Shown: in pieces, positions 18,373-27,731 of the stretch
How the letters are laid out: the number at the start of each line of letters is the position of its first letter
How positions within the stretch are numbered: position 1 is the stretch's first letter
Assembly: GCA_964496475.1 (NCBI GenBank)
Contig: CAZBZS010000004.1
Location: 11,775-75,774, forward strand
Reading direction: 5' to 3'
From: an uncultured Chloroflexota bacterium
GTDB taxonomy: Bacteria > Chloroflexota > UBA11872 > VXNJ01
Length of the DNA: 64,000 bases
Made by a program: the position numbers and the translations under genes
The notes under the pieces: model-generated
What the model was told of the DNA's origin: nothing
What the model saw: only the letters and a program-made list of their open reading frames with translations
The model's database searches: none

Positions 18373-19299
18373 CTAGCGCTGGCCCGCCTGTTGACCCGTC
18401 ATCAGGCGTCGGTAACTGTCGTGGCGCGCCGGCTCGATAACACCCGCGTCTACCGCCGCCTGGACCGCGCATCCATCCTCGACTAGGTGGGTGCACCAGC
18501 GGTTGTCACATTGGCCCAGAAACTCGCGGAATTCGGCGAAGCAGTAGTCGAGATCCTCTTTATCGACATCCTCCAGTCCGAATGACCGCAGCCCTGGAAC
18601 GTCCACCACCCAGCGCCCTCCATCCAGTTCGAAGGCCTCGCTGCTGGTGGTTGCGTGTCTGCCTTTGCCAGTGGAAGCGCTCACAGCCAGGGTCTTGAGA
18701 TCGTGGCGACCCGTCAGGGCGGTGATCAACGAAGTCTTGCCCGCCCCCGATGGGCCGACGAAAGCAGTCAGCCCGGCGGGTAGGGAATCCCGAAGGGCCT
18801 CAACGCCGTCGCCGGCTGGCGCGCAGGTTTTCAACACTCGATAGCCCGCCCGCTGATAGGCCCCGGCTATCGCCGCCAGCTCGGACTGGTCGGTCACGAG
18901 GTCGATCTTGTTTACACACACCTGCGCGGCAAGTTCCGCATGCTCGGCGGACACCAGCATTCGATCCAGCAGCCGCAGACGCCGGGGCCGCATGGCCGGG
19001 TCGGATTCCACCGCCGGAATCACGAAAATGGCCATCGCCAGATTCGCGGCCACTTCACGGCGCACCGTTCGGCCATGGGCGATGGTCGTGCGTTGCAGCA
19101 TTGATTCCCTGGGCAGAATCTCGTCCAGCACGATAGTTCCCGAATGGACGGTGAGCCGCACCCAGTCGCCGACTCGTACCGGGTTCTTCCCGCCAGCCTC
19201 TCTGATGGTTCCGCCACGAACGTGAAATTGCACTCGATTGCCGTCCACCTCCGCCTCGCATTCGGTTCGGCTTACGCGGACTACGGTGCCTTCAACCAA
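18373..19299 (-). CDS. rsgA: ribosome small-subunit-dependent GTPase A
   Basis: 308 aa. OB-fold N-terminus, circularly permuted GTPase (NKIDL ... GPSGAGKTSL) and a C-terminal Cys/His zinc knuckle. Confidence 0.9.
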   Translation of the reverse strand: MVEGTVVRVSRTECEAEVDGNRVQFHVRGGTIREAGGKNPVRVGDWVRLTVHSGTIVLDEILPRESMLQRTTIAHGRTVRREVAANLAMAIFVIPAVESDPAMRPRRLRLLDRMLVSAEHAELAAQVCVNKIDLVTDQSELAAIAGAYQRAGYRVLKTCAPAGDGVEALRDSLPAGLTAFVGPSGAGKTSLITALTGRHDLKTLAVSASTGKGRHATTSSEAFELDGGRWVVDVPGLRSFGLEDVDKEDLDYCFAEFREFLGQCDNRWCTHLVEDGCAVQAAVDAGVIEPARHDSYRRLMTGQQAGQR

Positions 19300-19410
19300 C
19301 GTTTTCGGACCAGTTCTGTACTTGGACGTCCACCATACGGGCCAATTTCGGATATGCGATCGCCTTGCCGACCGGAGTCGCGGCCCGCCACCTCACCGCA
19401 CCATAAAGAG

Positions 19411-19803
19411 CTATCGTCGGCCGAAGGCCTTTTTGCGCCAGGCGGTTGCGGCGGCCCCAACGGCCAAAGCGGTCAGGGAAGTCAGACCGAGTAAGAGTGG
19501 CCACGACGTACCGTCGGTCACGCTGCCGGCGAAGGTTCGGGGCAATTCGATCACAATTGGCGCGCCGGGGCGGAACTGGATCGGCGCCACCGGCTGGCTG
19601 GCGGCCACGATTCCGGTGGTACCCTCGCCCACCGGAACCACCGATTTGATGGTCTGGGTGGCATTGTTTATCACGGTTACGACATCGGTGTCGTCGGATT
19701 CATCGGCGATAACAACCGTGCCGACGCCGTTGGCGGCGATCGTGCCGGTAATCAGCAACACGGTCACCAACAACAGCGCGAAAATGGTCAGTCTCTTCTT
19801 CAA
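19411..19803 (-). CDS. secreted or anchored hypothetical protein with a C-terminal TM plus basic tail
   Basis: A TTG start at 19803 is preceded by AGGAG with a 5-nt spacer. LKKRLTIFALLLVTVLLITG is a signal or anchor. The C-terminus is DGTSWPLLLGLTSLTALAVGAAATAWRKKAFGRR. Confidence 0.55.
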   Translation of the reverse strand: MKKRLTIFALLLVTVLLITGTIAANGVGTVVIADESDDTDVVTVINNATQTIKSVVPVGEGTTGIVAASQPVAPIQFRPGAPIVIELPRTFAGSVTDGTSWPLLLGLTSLTALAVGAAATAWRKKAFGRR

Positions 19804-20130
19804 CTTTTCTCCTGAACCGCCTACCCCACCTGCGGGAGTGAACACTTTACATAATAACCCACGTTGGAGCCAAGAGAGGCGCGCCAAACCTGTAACCTAA
19901 TAGTCGGCAGAGTGGACTGACGGGACAGTCCCTGTATGTCGACGAATCGACAACGGGCACCCCGGGCAATTAGTCTCGGGATTTGTATTGCCTCCTTCAG
20001 AAGATAGCGATGGATTAGGGATGTTTTGCTGCAACAGGTAGTCGCCAATGGCCCGGTAAATGAGCGTGCACGGTTGGTGATCGCCGCGCTCCTCGCGGCC
20101 CGGTTCAAGACTTGACGGTTAACTCGCCCA

Positions 20131-20859
20131 ATGGACGGTGAGCTCGGCTCCGGCGGCATGACCGCCGGCCTAATTCAGATCATCTTCTTCGACCTGATTC
20201 TTAGCGGCGACAACGCGGTGGTCATCGGAGTTGTGGCGGGGCGCCTACCGGGCCGGCAGCGCCGGCTGGCGATTCTGTTCGGCGCCGGGGCGGCAGTGGT
20301 GCTGCGGATAATCTTCGCCGCAATCGCGACGGTGCTCTTCACCGTGCCCGCCCTTGCAGCCGTCGGTGGGGTGGCGCTGCTCTATATAGGCGTGCGTCTG
20401 CTCGAACCGCAACCCGAGGATGGCGAAGGCCATCAGGCGGCCGGCTCGCTGAGGGAGGCCATTCAGCTCATCATCCTCGCGGATGTGGTGATGAGCCTGG
20501 ACAACGTGCTCACGATAGCCGGCGCGGCCCGGGGCCACGTTGGCCTACTGATCTTCGGACTGGTGGTGTCCATGCCCCTGCTGTTCGTCGGCGCTCAGAT
20601 GATCGCCATCGTCGCCAGTAGAGCTCCACTGGTGATTTACTTGGGCAGCGCCCTGGTTTTCCGGATTGCGGTCGTGTTGATCATCGAGGACCCGGTGATA
20701 TCACCGCTCTGGGGGGAGAGCTTCTTTATCGAGCACATCATGCCGTGGATCGTGGCATTGGCCGGACCGACCGCCTACCTTGTGCAGGCCAGAATGCGGG
20801 GACGGCCTACCATCCCGATCTGGGTAAATCCATTCGACGGACGGAAGGGCGTCGCTTAG
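20131..20859 (+). CDS. TerC/YjbE family integral membrane protein
   Basis: Duplicated LILSGDNAVVIG and VMSLDNVLTIAG motifs. The start may be the second ATG, at 20158. Confidence 0.85.
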   Translation: MDGELGSGGMTAGLIQIIFFDLILSGDNAVVIGVVAGRLPGRQRRLAILFGAGAAVVLRIIFAAIATVLFTVPALAAVGGVALLYIGVRLLEPQPEDGEGHQAAGSLREAIQLIILADVVMSLDNVLTIAGAARGHVGLLIFGLVVSMPLLFVGAQMIAIVASRAPLVIYLGSALVFRIAVVLIIEDPVISPLWGESFFIEHIMPWIVALAGPTAYLVQARMRGRPTIPIWVNPFDGRKGVA

Positions 20860-21033
20860 TGAGCGCCAGAGGCGATCGAGGCCCGGACTGGGTACCAACT
20901 TAGAAGCGCTGGCGTCTGGTCGCCCGACGGTGACGGCCCCCGTGAAAATACCAGAATGCCGTTGCGCCGCGGTCGATCGAGCGATAGTGTCTGGGAAAGA
21001 GGCTAAACCTATCGATTTCTGCGAAACAGGTAC

Positions 21034-21906
21034 TTGAGAGTAATCCCAGCGAATCCCCGCGGATATTGTCACGGCGTGGTCACGGCCCTCCGCATGGCCC
21101 GGGAAATCGCGGCCGCCGAGCCAGGCCCTTTCTACATGCTCGGCTATCTGGTGCACAACGAACATCTGACCGGCGAGCTGGAAGAATTGGGAATCACCCT
21201 GATCGACGCGGACGACCGGATGGCCGGGCTTGAGGGTATCAGCGAGGGCACGGTCATCTTCACTGCCCACGGAATTTCACCGTCGGTGCGGGCAAAGGCG
21301 AAGGAGCTGGGATTGAACTGCGTGGACACCACCTGCTCCGACGTGCAGAGGACCCACGATCTCATAAACGATCTGGTGGGCGATGGCTACCAGATCGTTT
21401 ATGTTGGCCGCCGGGGACACCCCGAGGCGCTAGGCTGCATCGGCGAAGCGCCTGACGCGGTGCATCTCGTGGAAGGTTCGGAAGATGTGGCGGCGCTCGA
21501 TCTAGATTCGCGGCCGGTCGCGGTCACTACGCAAACAACGTTGAGCGTCTGGGACACCGCCGGCGTCATTCGCTCGATCAAAGAGCGATTTCCGGCTGCC
21601 GAAGTCTTTAATGAAATCTGCGCGGCCACTCAGGACCGGCAGGAGGCGATTGTGGAAGTTGCCGCGGAGGCCGATCTGGTTCTGGTGGTCGGTAGCCGTC
21701 GCAGTTCGAACTCGCAGCGTCTGGTCGAGGTGACCCGGCAGCGTACCGGCAAACCGGCTTACCTGATCGACTCGGTCGCCGAAATCGATGCCGCTTGGCT
21801 TACGGACTGCAAGGTTGTGGCGGTGTCGTCCGGAGCGTCCACTCCATCACCGCTCACGCGCGAAGTCATCCGCCGGCTGGAAGCGATGCCTGCTGCCGCG
21901 GACTAG
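21034..21906 (+). CDS. ispH: 4-hydroxy-3-methylbut-2-enyl diphosphate reductase
   Basis: 290 aa, TTG start. PRGYCHGV..., TAHG and SSNSQRL motifs with three conserved Cys. Confidence 0.93.
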   Translation: MRVIPANPRGYCHGVVTALRMAREIAAAEPGPFYMLGYLVHNEHLTGELEELGITLIDADDRMAGLEGISEGTVIFTAHGISPSVRAKAKELGLNCVDTTCSDVQRTHDLINDLVGDGYQIVYVGRRGHPEALGCIGEAPDAVHLVEGSEDVAALDLDSRPVAVTTQTTLSVWDTAGVIRSIKERFPAAEVFNEICAATQDRQEAIVEVAAEADLVLVVGSRRSSNSQRLVEVTRQRTGKPAYLIDSVAEIDAAWLTDCKVVAVSSGASTPSPLTREVIRRLEAMPAAAD

Positions 21907-22460
21907 TCCCGTCGAAGAACCTCGCGCACAGCATCCCAGCTAAACGGCCTTCCGTCGGTAAGTCGTGCCCCGGCGTCGGTGAATGGAATTCGACCCTCGT
22001 CTTCGGGATCGTATAGCCGGGTCGGGAAGTTCGTCAGAATCGCCCTTCCGGACGGAGACACGACGAATCCGTGGTGAACGCGCTCGGGGATCATCAGCGC
22101 GTACTGGCCGTCCGGACCCTGCGCGGAGCCCATCGGAAAAAGATTGATCAGCCCTTCGGTGGAGGAGCCGGGCCGAGGATCGTGCGCGCCCACCACCAGC
22201 TCGCCATCTATCACCACAAACCGGTCCCGCTGGTGCTGGTGGACGTGCCACTGATCCTCGTCTCGGGCTACACCGGCCCGGGTGACCGAGTAGTAGGTCT
22301 GTTTGAACGGCAGTATGTCGGCGTCATAGAAGTCCGCCCAATCGACTTTGAGAGTCTCCACCAAGGTGCCGCGATCGTCGGAGTTGACCCGTAGCCTTCT
22401 GACCTTGATACCGTCGATATGTGATTCAGGATCAAAGGGATCGGTGAACTGAACGGCCAT
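21903..22460 (-). CDS. RmlC-like cupin (dTDP-4-dehydrorhamnose 3,5-epimerase-related)
   Basis: 185 aa. QTYYSVTRAGVARDEDQWHVHQHQRDRFVV. Its stop shares a CTAG tetranucleotide with the convergent ispH stop. Confidence 0.65.
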   Translation of the reverse strand: MAVQFTDPFDPESHIDGIKVRRLRVNSDDRGTLVETLKVDWADFYDADILPFKQTYYSVTRAGVARDEDQWHVHQHQRDRFVVIDGELVVGAHDPRPGSSTEGLINLFPMGSAQGPDGQYALMIPERVHHGFVVSPSGRAILTNFPTRLYDPEDEGRIPFTDAGARLTDGRPFSWDAVREVLRRD

Positions 22461-22682
22461 ATTTTGGTCTTGCCCGCACCTTTCGCGCCGGGGTTATCAA
22501 CACTCAGACACGCGACGTGTGTCAGCGTGGACGGGTAGAACATACCACTCTTGACTCTGCCGTCCCCGGCAGTCTGAAGCAGTCACTCGAAACGAGTACA
22601 CTTTCCGTGACCGCCGGCCCGGAGACCGGACTGGCCGGTTTTGTTGGGGGTTTCCGTAGTTGCTCTGAAAAGAGGGTCCTGC

Positions 22683-24329
22683 ATGACCGGCGCCGATGTG
22701 ATCGCCCGCATCCTCAAGGCGGAAGGGGTAACGCAGGTATTCAATTTTCCGTTTTCTCCGATCATCGACGCTATGGTCCGCGCGGGGATCAGGATCATCA
22801 CGTCGCGCCAGGAGAGAGTGGCGGGCAACATGGCGGACGGAGTGTCCCGCTCGACCAACGGCCGGCAGATCGGCACGTTCACCGTTCAGGCAAGCGCGGG
22901 CTCCGAAAACGCATTTGCCGGTGTGGCGCATGCCTACACTGATTCGAGCCCGATGCTGTATCTCCCGGGTCATCGCGGTCTCGATGACATAGGGGTTTCG
23001 CCCACCTTCGACAGCGAGACCAATTACGGGTCCACGACCAAGCTGGCAATGAAGATCTTTACCACCCGGCAGATTCCAGAGCGCATGCGTCGGGCATACA
23101 CAGCTTTACGCTCCGGCAGGCCGAGACCGGTATTGGTTGAAATACCCTCCAGCGTTGCTACCAGCGAGTTCGAGGGCGAACTTGACTACCAGCCGGTCCC
23201 GCGTATGCGTTCCGGCCCCGACGACGGCGCGGTGCGGGAGGCGGCGGAGCGCCTCGTCGCCGCCGATTCTCCGCTGATCTGGGTCGGCCAGGGCGTCCAT
23301 TGGGCGGAGGCATATGATGAGCTAAAGGATGTCGCCGAGCTGCTCGGCGTCCCGGTCATGACCACGCTCATGGGCAAGAGCGCCTTTGATGAGACGCACG
23401 AACTGTCGGCTGGTATGGGCGCCATCAGTGTCACCGCGATGATTGCCCACTACCTCCGCGGGGCCGATGTGCTCCTCGCCGTGGGTTCCAGTCTTACGGT
23501 GGCGTCGTTCACTCCAGCGATCCCGGCGGGCAAGACCATCATTCATGCCACCAACGATCCCATCGACATCAATAAGACTCATCCAACCGCCGTTCCGATC
23601 GTCAGCGACGCGAAGCTCTTCCTGGCGTCGCTTGCCGAGGAATTGCGCCGAATCGGCGCCGATCGCACGGCGATCCGCCGCCGCAATGTCGAGTTGCTAG
23701 CGCGGCTTCGGGCCGAGTGGGAGGCGGACTATGAATCCCTTTTCAGCGATGATTCGAGCTCGATCAACGGCTACCGCATGTTCCGCGAACTGTGGAGTCT
23801 GCTGGACCCGGCGACGTCCATGCTCACCCACGAATCCGGCGCCGTCCGTGACATTCAGAGTGTCTTTTACCGCGCCACCACACCGCGAAGTTATCTCGGA
23901 TGGGGACAATCTTCCCAACTCGGCTTCTCCCTCGGCCTGGCGATGGGCGCCAAACTCGCCAATCCGGACAAGCTGGTCGTCAACGTCATGGGGGATGGCT
24001 CGATTGGCATGACGGGCATGGACCTCGCCACGGCATCCCAGTACGAGATCCCGATTCTGACGGTGGTCAAGCACGATTCGATATTCAGCGGCTATGACAA
24101 GCACATTCCGGAAGCAATCAGACGCTATAAGTCCTCCACCATGGATGGCGATTACGCGGCGGTCGCCACCGCGCTCGGCTGCCACGCCGAGCGTGTGGAG
24201 ACCCTGGCCGAGCTGCGACCGGCGCTCCAGCGGGCCATCACCGCGGTAAACGAAGGCCAGCCCGCCCTGGTGGATGTCATCACCACCGAGACCCGCAGAC
24301 TGTCGACAATGGACACGTTCGTAAGCTAG
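22683..24329 (+). CDS. thiamine pyrophosphate-dependent enzyme (acetolactate synthase large-subunit-like)
   Basis: The ATG at 22683 has AGAGGG 7 nt upstream. MTGADVIARILKAEGV... N-terminal Pyr domain and a C-terminal GDGSIGMTGMDLATA TPP-binding motif. Confidence 0.85.
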   Translation: MTGADVIARILKAEGVTQVFNFPFSPIIDAMVRAGIRIITSRQERVAGNMADGVSRSTNGRQIGTFTVQASAGSENAFAGVAHAYTDSSPMLYLPGHRGLDDIGVSPTFDSETNYGSTTKLAMKIFTTRQIPERMRRAYTALRSGRPRPVLVEIPSSVATSEFEGELDYQPVPRMRSGPDDGAVREAAERLVAADSPLIWVGQGVHWAEAYDELKDVAELLGVPVMTTLMGKSAFDETHELSAGMGAISVTAMIAHYLRGADVLLAVGSSLTVASFTPAIPAGKTIIHATNDPIDINKTHPTAVPIVSDAKLFLASLAEELRRIGADRTAIRRRNVELLARLRAEWEADYESLFSDDSSSINGYRMFRELWSLLDPATSMLTHESGAVRDIQSVFYRATTPRSYLGWGQSSQLGFSLGLAMGAKLANPDKLVVNVMGDGSIGMTGMDLATASQYEIPILTVVKHDSIFSGYDKHIPEAIRRYKSSTMDGDYAAVATALGCHAERVETLAELRPALQRAITAVNEGQPALVDVITTETRRLSTMDTFVS

Positions 24330-24380
24330 AGGTCGCTGCCTGTCCGGTCTGGGGCCGGCGCAAGGTCAATATCCTTGTCC

Positions 24381-25600
24381 TTATCTGAATGTCGCCATTA
24401 TGCCTCTGTGCGTGGCCAGGAACCTGGCGAAGAGCAGCGCGGCTATTGTGGAAATCGCCGCACCGGTGAGAAAGAGGCCCTAGAAGCCGGAGGCGGAAAT
24501 TATTACGCCGTCGGTCAAAGCCGTCCCGCCCGAACCGAGCGCCCAGGAAAAATTTACATAGCCCGACATAAGCGCCTAGTACTCCAGGCGCACGAGGTCC
24601 ATGGTGTACACGGCGATCGCCGGTCGCATGATAGGGATGAAGGACAGTACGGCAATCAGTCCGACATTTGCGGCGATCGGTTTGGCGATCAGAGCCATCG
24701 GCACCAGGCAGATGGCCACGCCGATCATCTCCACCAGAGTCGCCGGCCCAGGGACAATGCGTTTGGAGAGAATTGGCGAAAGCAGCGCCATGGGACCGGC
24801 CACAAGTTGCGCGATGGCGAAGGTAATTCCGATCTTGACCGTTTCAACGTCCAGCCCAGCATCCATATAAACATTGAAGAATGTCCTTGCGGAACCTTCT
24901 CCAAACTTGCGCAGTACTCTGAGAACGGTCATCACCGTGATTATCATCAGCGGAGCCTTGTTGCCGGGCCCGCGTCGCGTGGCCGGTCTCACGGGTCCGA
25001 TTTCGCGGGTTGCTGCGATCAGGAGGAGCGTCGGGACGACCGCCAGGGCGACCAGGTGCAGTGAGTAGCGGAAGGTGGTGGGATCGTCCGGCGTGAGCCC
25101 CAGCCATCCGGCGGAGAGTCCAGGAAGAAATCCGCCGATAAGACTGGCGGCGAAGCCCGCCGTCTGCAAGGTGGCCGAGGACAGCGCGAAGGCTCAGCTA
25201 CGCAAATCTGGTACAACCGTCCCCATCATGACCGGCTGCATGTTGACGAAGAAAACGCCGGTTCCGGTGAAGGTAATGGCATGGCTGATCATCAGCCAGA
25301 CGGCGCGGGTTACCCCTCGAACGTGGCGCCGAAGGGTATCAGCGTGCTTCCCAGCATGACTGCGCCCAGGCTAATCAACATCAGCCGCCGGTATCCAATC
25401 CGGTGCGACCTCGCGCCGGCTATCGGGGAAGCGATCGCCCAGCAGATCAGCCCAACGCCGTTGGCAAGTCCGATGAAAGCGATGCCAAATCCTAGGCGTA
25501 GAAAGAAGAGATTGAGCAGCACGGCGTAGCTGCCGAATAACTAACCGTTAAGGAGGTCGCCAGTATCCCGCAAGCCGGGTCGGGCGTTGCTCCACCGCCG
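24381..25600 (-). pseudogene. MFS transporter pseudogene (3 in-frame TAG, 1 TGA, at least 1 frameshift)
   Basis: The reverse-strand reading is continuous apart from TAG at 25541-25543, a -1 shift in a G-run near 25313, TGA at 25194-25196, and TAG at 24576-24578 and 24480-24482. The final TAA is at 24381. It contains MFS motif A-like GARSHRIGYRRLM. Confidence 0.7.
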
Positions 25601-25682
25601 CACCTACCGCGGCTAAAATCGTACCGCCGCCGGGAGCACTCTCCGCACCGGCCAAATTGAGCACGTATGAACCGGGGGCGCC

Positions 25683-26849
25683 ATGAGTATTTACGAGGAA
25701 CTGTTTCGTCTAAGGCCAATCATTAACGCGGCCGGGACGATGACGTTACTCGGCGGCTCGCTGATGGCGCCGGAGACCGTAGCGGCCATGGATCGCGCCG
25801 CCGAGGAATGGGTGGACATGCCCGACCTGCTCCGGCTTGCCTGCGAGGGGATTGCCAGCTCGCTCGGGCTCGGCCCCCGACTCGGTGGTGTCCACATAAC
25901 TTCCGGCACGGCCGCCGCCAACATGATCGCCGCCGCCGCGGTGATGACCGGGCACGATCGGACCCGCATGAACGCGCTGCCAGACTCATCCGGTTTCCCA
26001 AACGAGATTCTGATGCAGCCGACGCACGGGGGGAACTGGTCCCGCTCGTACGCCGCCGCGGGAGCCCGTATCGCTATGTCTCCAGTGGAGACCGTTTTCG
26101 ATGGCGACAGCGGCCGGCGCATCCTCGGTGTCACGGAGGAGTCGTTTGAGTCCGGAATCAACGACAACACCTGCGCGATCGGAGCGATTCTGTCTTGGGA
26201 AGGCGCTCACGCCGGCGGGTTGTCTATTGCTCAGCTTGTGATCATCGCCCGGCGTCACGCACTCCCGGTCATTGTGGACGCCGCCGCGCAAGTCCCACCG
26301 ATAACGACGATCAAGGATCTACTGGAGATGGGCGTCGACCTGGTGGCGGTTAGTGGTGGCAAGGCCATCGGCGGTCCCAACGACACGGGACTGCTGGCCG
26401 GCAATCGGATCTACTTGACCCCGGCCATCTTGCAGTCGAGTCCTAACACCGGCGTGGTAGGCCGGGGGTTAAAAGTCAGTAAGGAGCAGATTGTCGGCTT
26501 GTACGTCGCTTTGACGGCGTACGTGGAGAGCGACGCCGACGCACGCCTGGCGGAGGATCAGCGGCGTTGCGACTTCCTCATAGAGCGGCTCGGCGAGACC
26601 GAGCACGTAAGACTTGAGAAGGTTTTTCCCGATGAAACCGGCTTGCCGGTACCGCGAGTGCGGGTTCACCTGCTCGAACCGCTTGGCAAGACCGTTGACG
26701 AGATCACCCACACCCTGTGGGAGGAGACGCCCAGTATCCGTCTGCGCGGCGGCTATCCCGGGGCCGATTTCTTGAATGTCGACGTCAGCACGTTGCGGGA
26801 CGGGGAAGTCGAAATCGTCGCCGAGCGTGTAGGCGCGGCCCTGAGGTAA
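25683..26849 (+). CDS. SelA-like PLP-dependent enzyme (DgaE-type paralogue, not bona fide SelA)
   Basis: 388 aa. PIINAAGTMTLLGGS and the lysine motif VSGGKAIGGPNDTGLLAG. It lacks the SelA N-terminal domain. Confidence 0.75.
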   Translation: MSIYEELFRLRPIINAAGTMTLLGGSLMAPETVAAMDRAAEEWVDMPDLLRLACEGIASSLGLGPRLGGVHITSGTAAANMIAAAAVMTGHDRTRMNALPDSSGFPNEILMQPTHGGNWSRSYAAAGARIAMSPVETVFDGDSGRRILGVTEESFESGINDNTCAIGAILSWEGAHAGGLSIAQLVIIARRHALPVIVDAAAQVPPITTIKDLLEMGVDLVAVSGGKAIGGPNDTGLLAGNRIYLTPAILQSSPNTGVVGRGLKVSKEQIVGLYVALTAYVESDADARLAEDQRRCDFLIERLGETEHVRLEKVFPDETGLPVPRVRVHLLEPLGKTVDEITHTLWEETPSIRLRGGYPGADFLNVDVSTLRDGEVEIVAERVGAALR

Positions 26850-27148
26850 GCGGTCTGCGTCGTCGCCGCCACGATCCAACGGAAGGATTTGCGACGGTGC
26901 CCGGCAGCGCCCCTAGCTCCCCTACTCAACGTGATGATCGAGACCTTCGGCTTCCAGTGTGTCGTCGATGCAGAGTCGCGGTCAAACCGGAAATCCGTCC
27001 CGGCGAAATCCGCTGGTTCCGCAACCAGCCACGGGTCGCCCGCTTCCTGACCGTGCTCGACGGTGCCAGTTTTCTGCATCTTGGGGTCGCGCTAGCATCG
27101 GCCACGGGCTCTCGCGCCGGGCGTGGGCCGGGTTGAGGAGGTCAAGAT

Positions 27149-27730
27149 ATGCCCGCTTACGAACAGTTCAAGGAAGGCGTGATGGATAGCCTTCCGGAGA
27201 TCAGCGATATCTCAAATGCCGATCTGCGGGAGCGGGTGACCAATGCCTGGGCGATGGCGCTGGCCGAAACGGAGTTTGAAAGCATCGACGAAATTCGGGC
27301 CTCCGGCAATCCCGACACCCCGGTGATGAAGTCCGGCACGCAGTCGGATCATCTGCGCGGTGTCACCCGCATGGCGGTGGCGCTGGCGGAGTCCCTAGAA
27401 GAGGTGGTTCCTGGTTTGGGAGTCGATCGTGACATCTTGATAGCTTGCGGGCTGTGCCACGATTTGGGTAAGCCGTTCGAGTTCAGCCCCGCAAACCAGG
27501 CACGCTGGAAGCGGAACCCGGCGGCGTCCGGATTCCCGGCCCTGCGACATCCCGCCTACGGGGCCCACATCGCCATCTCGGCCGGTCTGCCGGAGGCAGT
27601 CTGCCATGCCGCCTCAGCCCATTCGGGGGAGGGTGAATTGGTCGTCCGCAGCCTGGAGAACACGATCGTCCACCATGCTGATCATGTTTACTGGCGAATC
27701 CTGGATAGGGCAGGGAAATTGGAAATGTGA
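27149..27730 (+). CDS. HD-domain phosphohydrolase
   Basis: 193 aa. H...HDLGK motif (CGLCHDLGKPFEF) with downstream His residues. Confidence 0.8.
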   Translation: MPAYEQFKEGVMDSLPEISDISNADLRERVTNAWAMALAETEFESIDEIRASGNPDTPVMKSGTQSDHLRGVTRMAVALAESLEEVVPGLGVDRDILIACGLCHDLGKPFEFSPANQARWKRNPAASGFPALRHPAYGAHIAISAGLPEAVCHAASAHSGEGELVVRSLENTIVHHADHVYWRILDRAGKLEM

Positions 27731-27731
27731 T

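Noticed and set aside
19888-20130. yybP-ykoY (Mn2+) riboswitch upstream of the TerC-family gene
   Set aside because: TerC genes often carry this riboswitch. I could not find the conserved GGGGAGUAG and UUGACA...AGCAAGACC elements in the right order. There are only loose resemblances (CAGGTAGTCGCC; CAAGACTTGACGG). A covariance-model scan would be needed.
25683-26849. SelA-like gene as evidence for selenocysteine machinery supporting the DUF3179 TGA
   Set aside because: At 388 aa it lacks the SelA N-terminal domain. It resembles the DgaE-type paralogues found in sugar and amino-acid catabolic clusters. It cannot be counted as Sec machinery.
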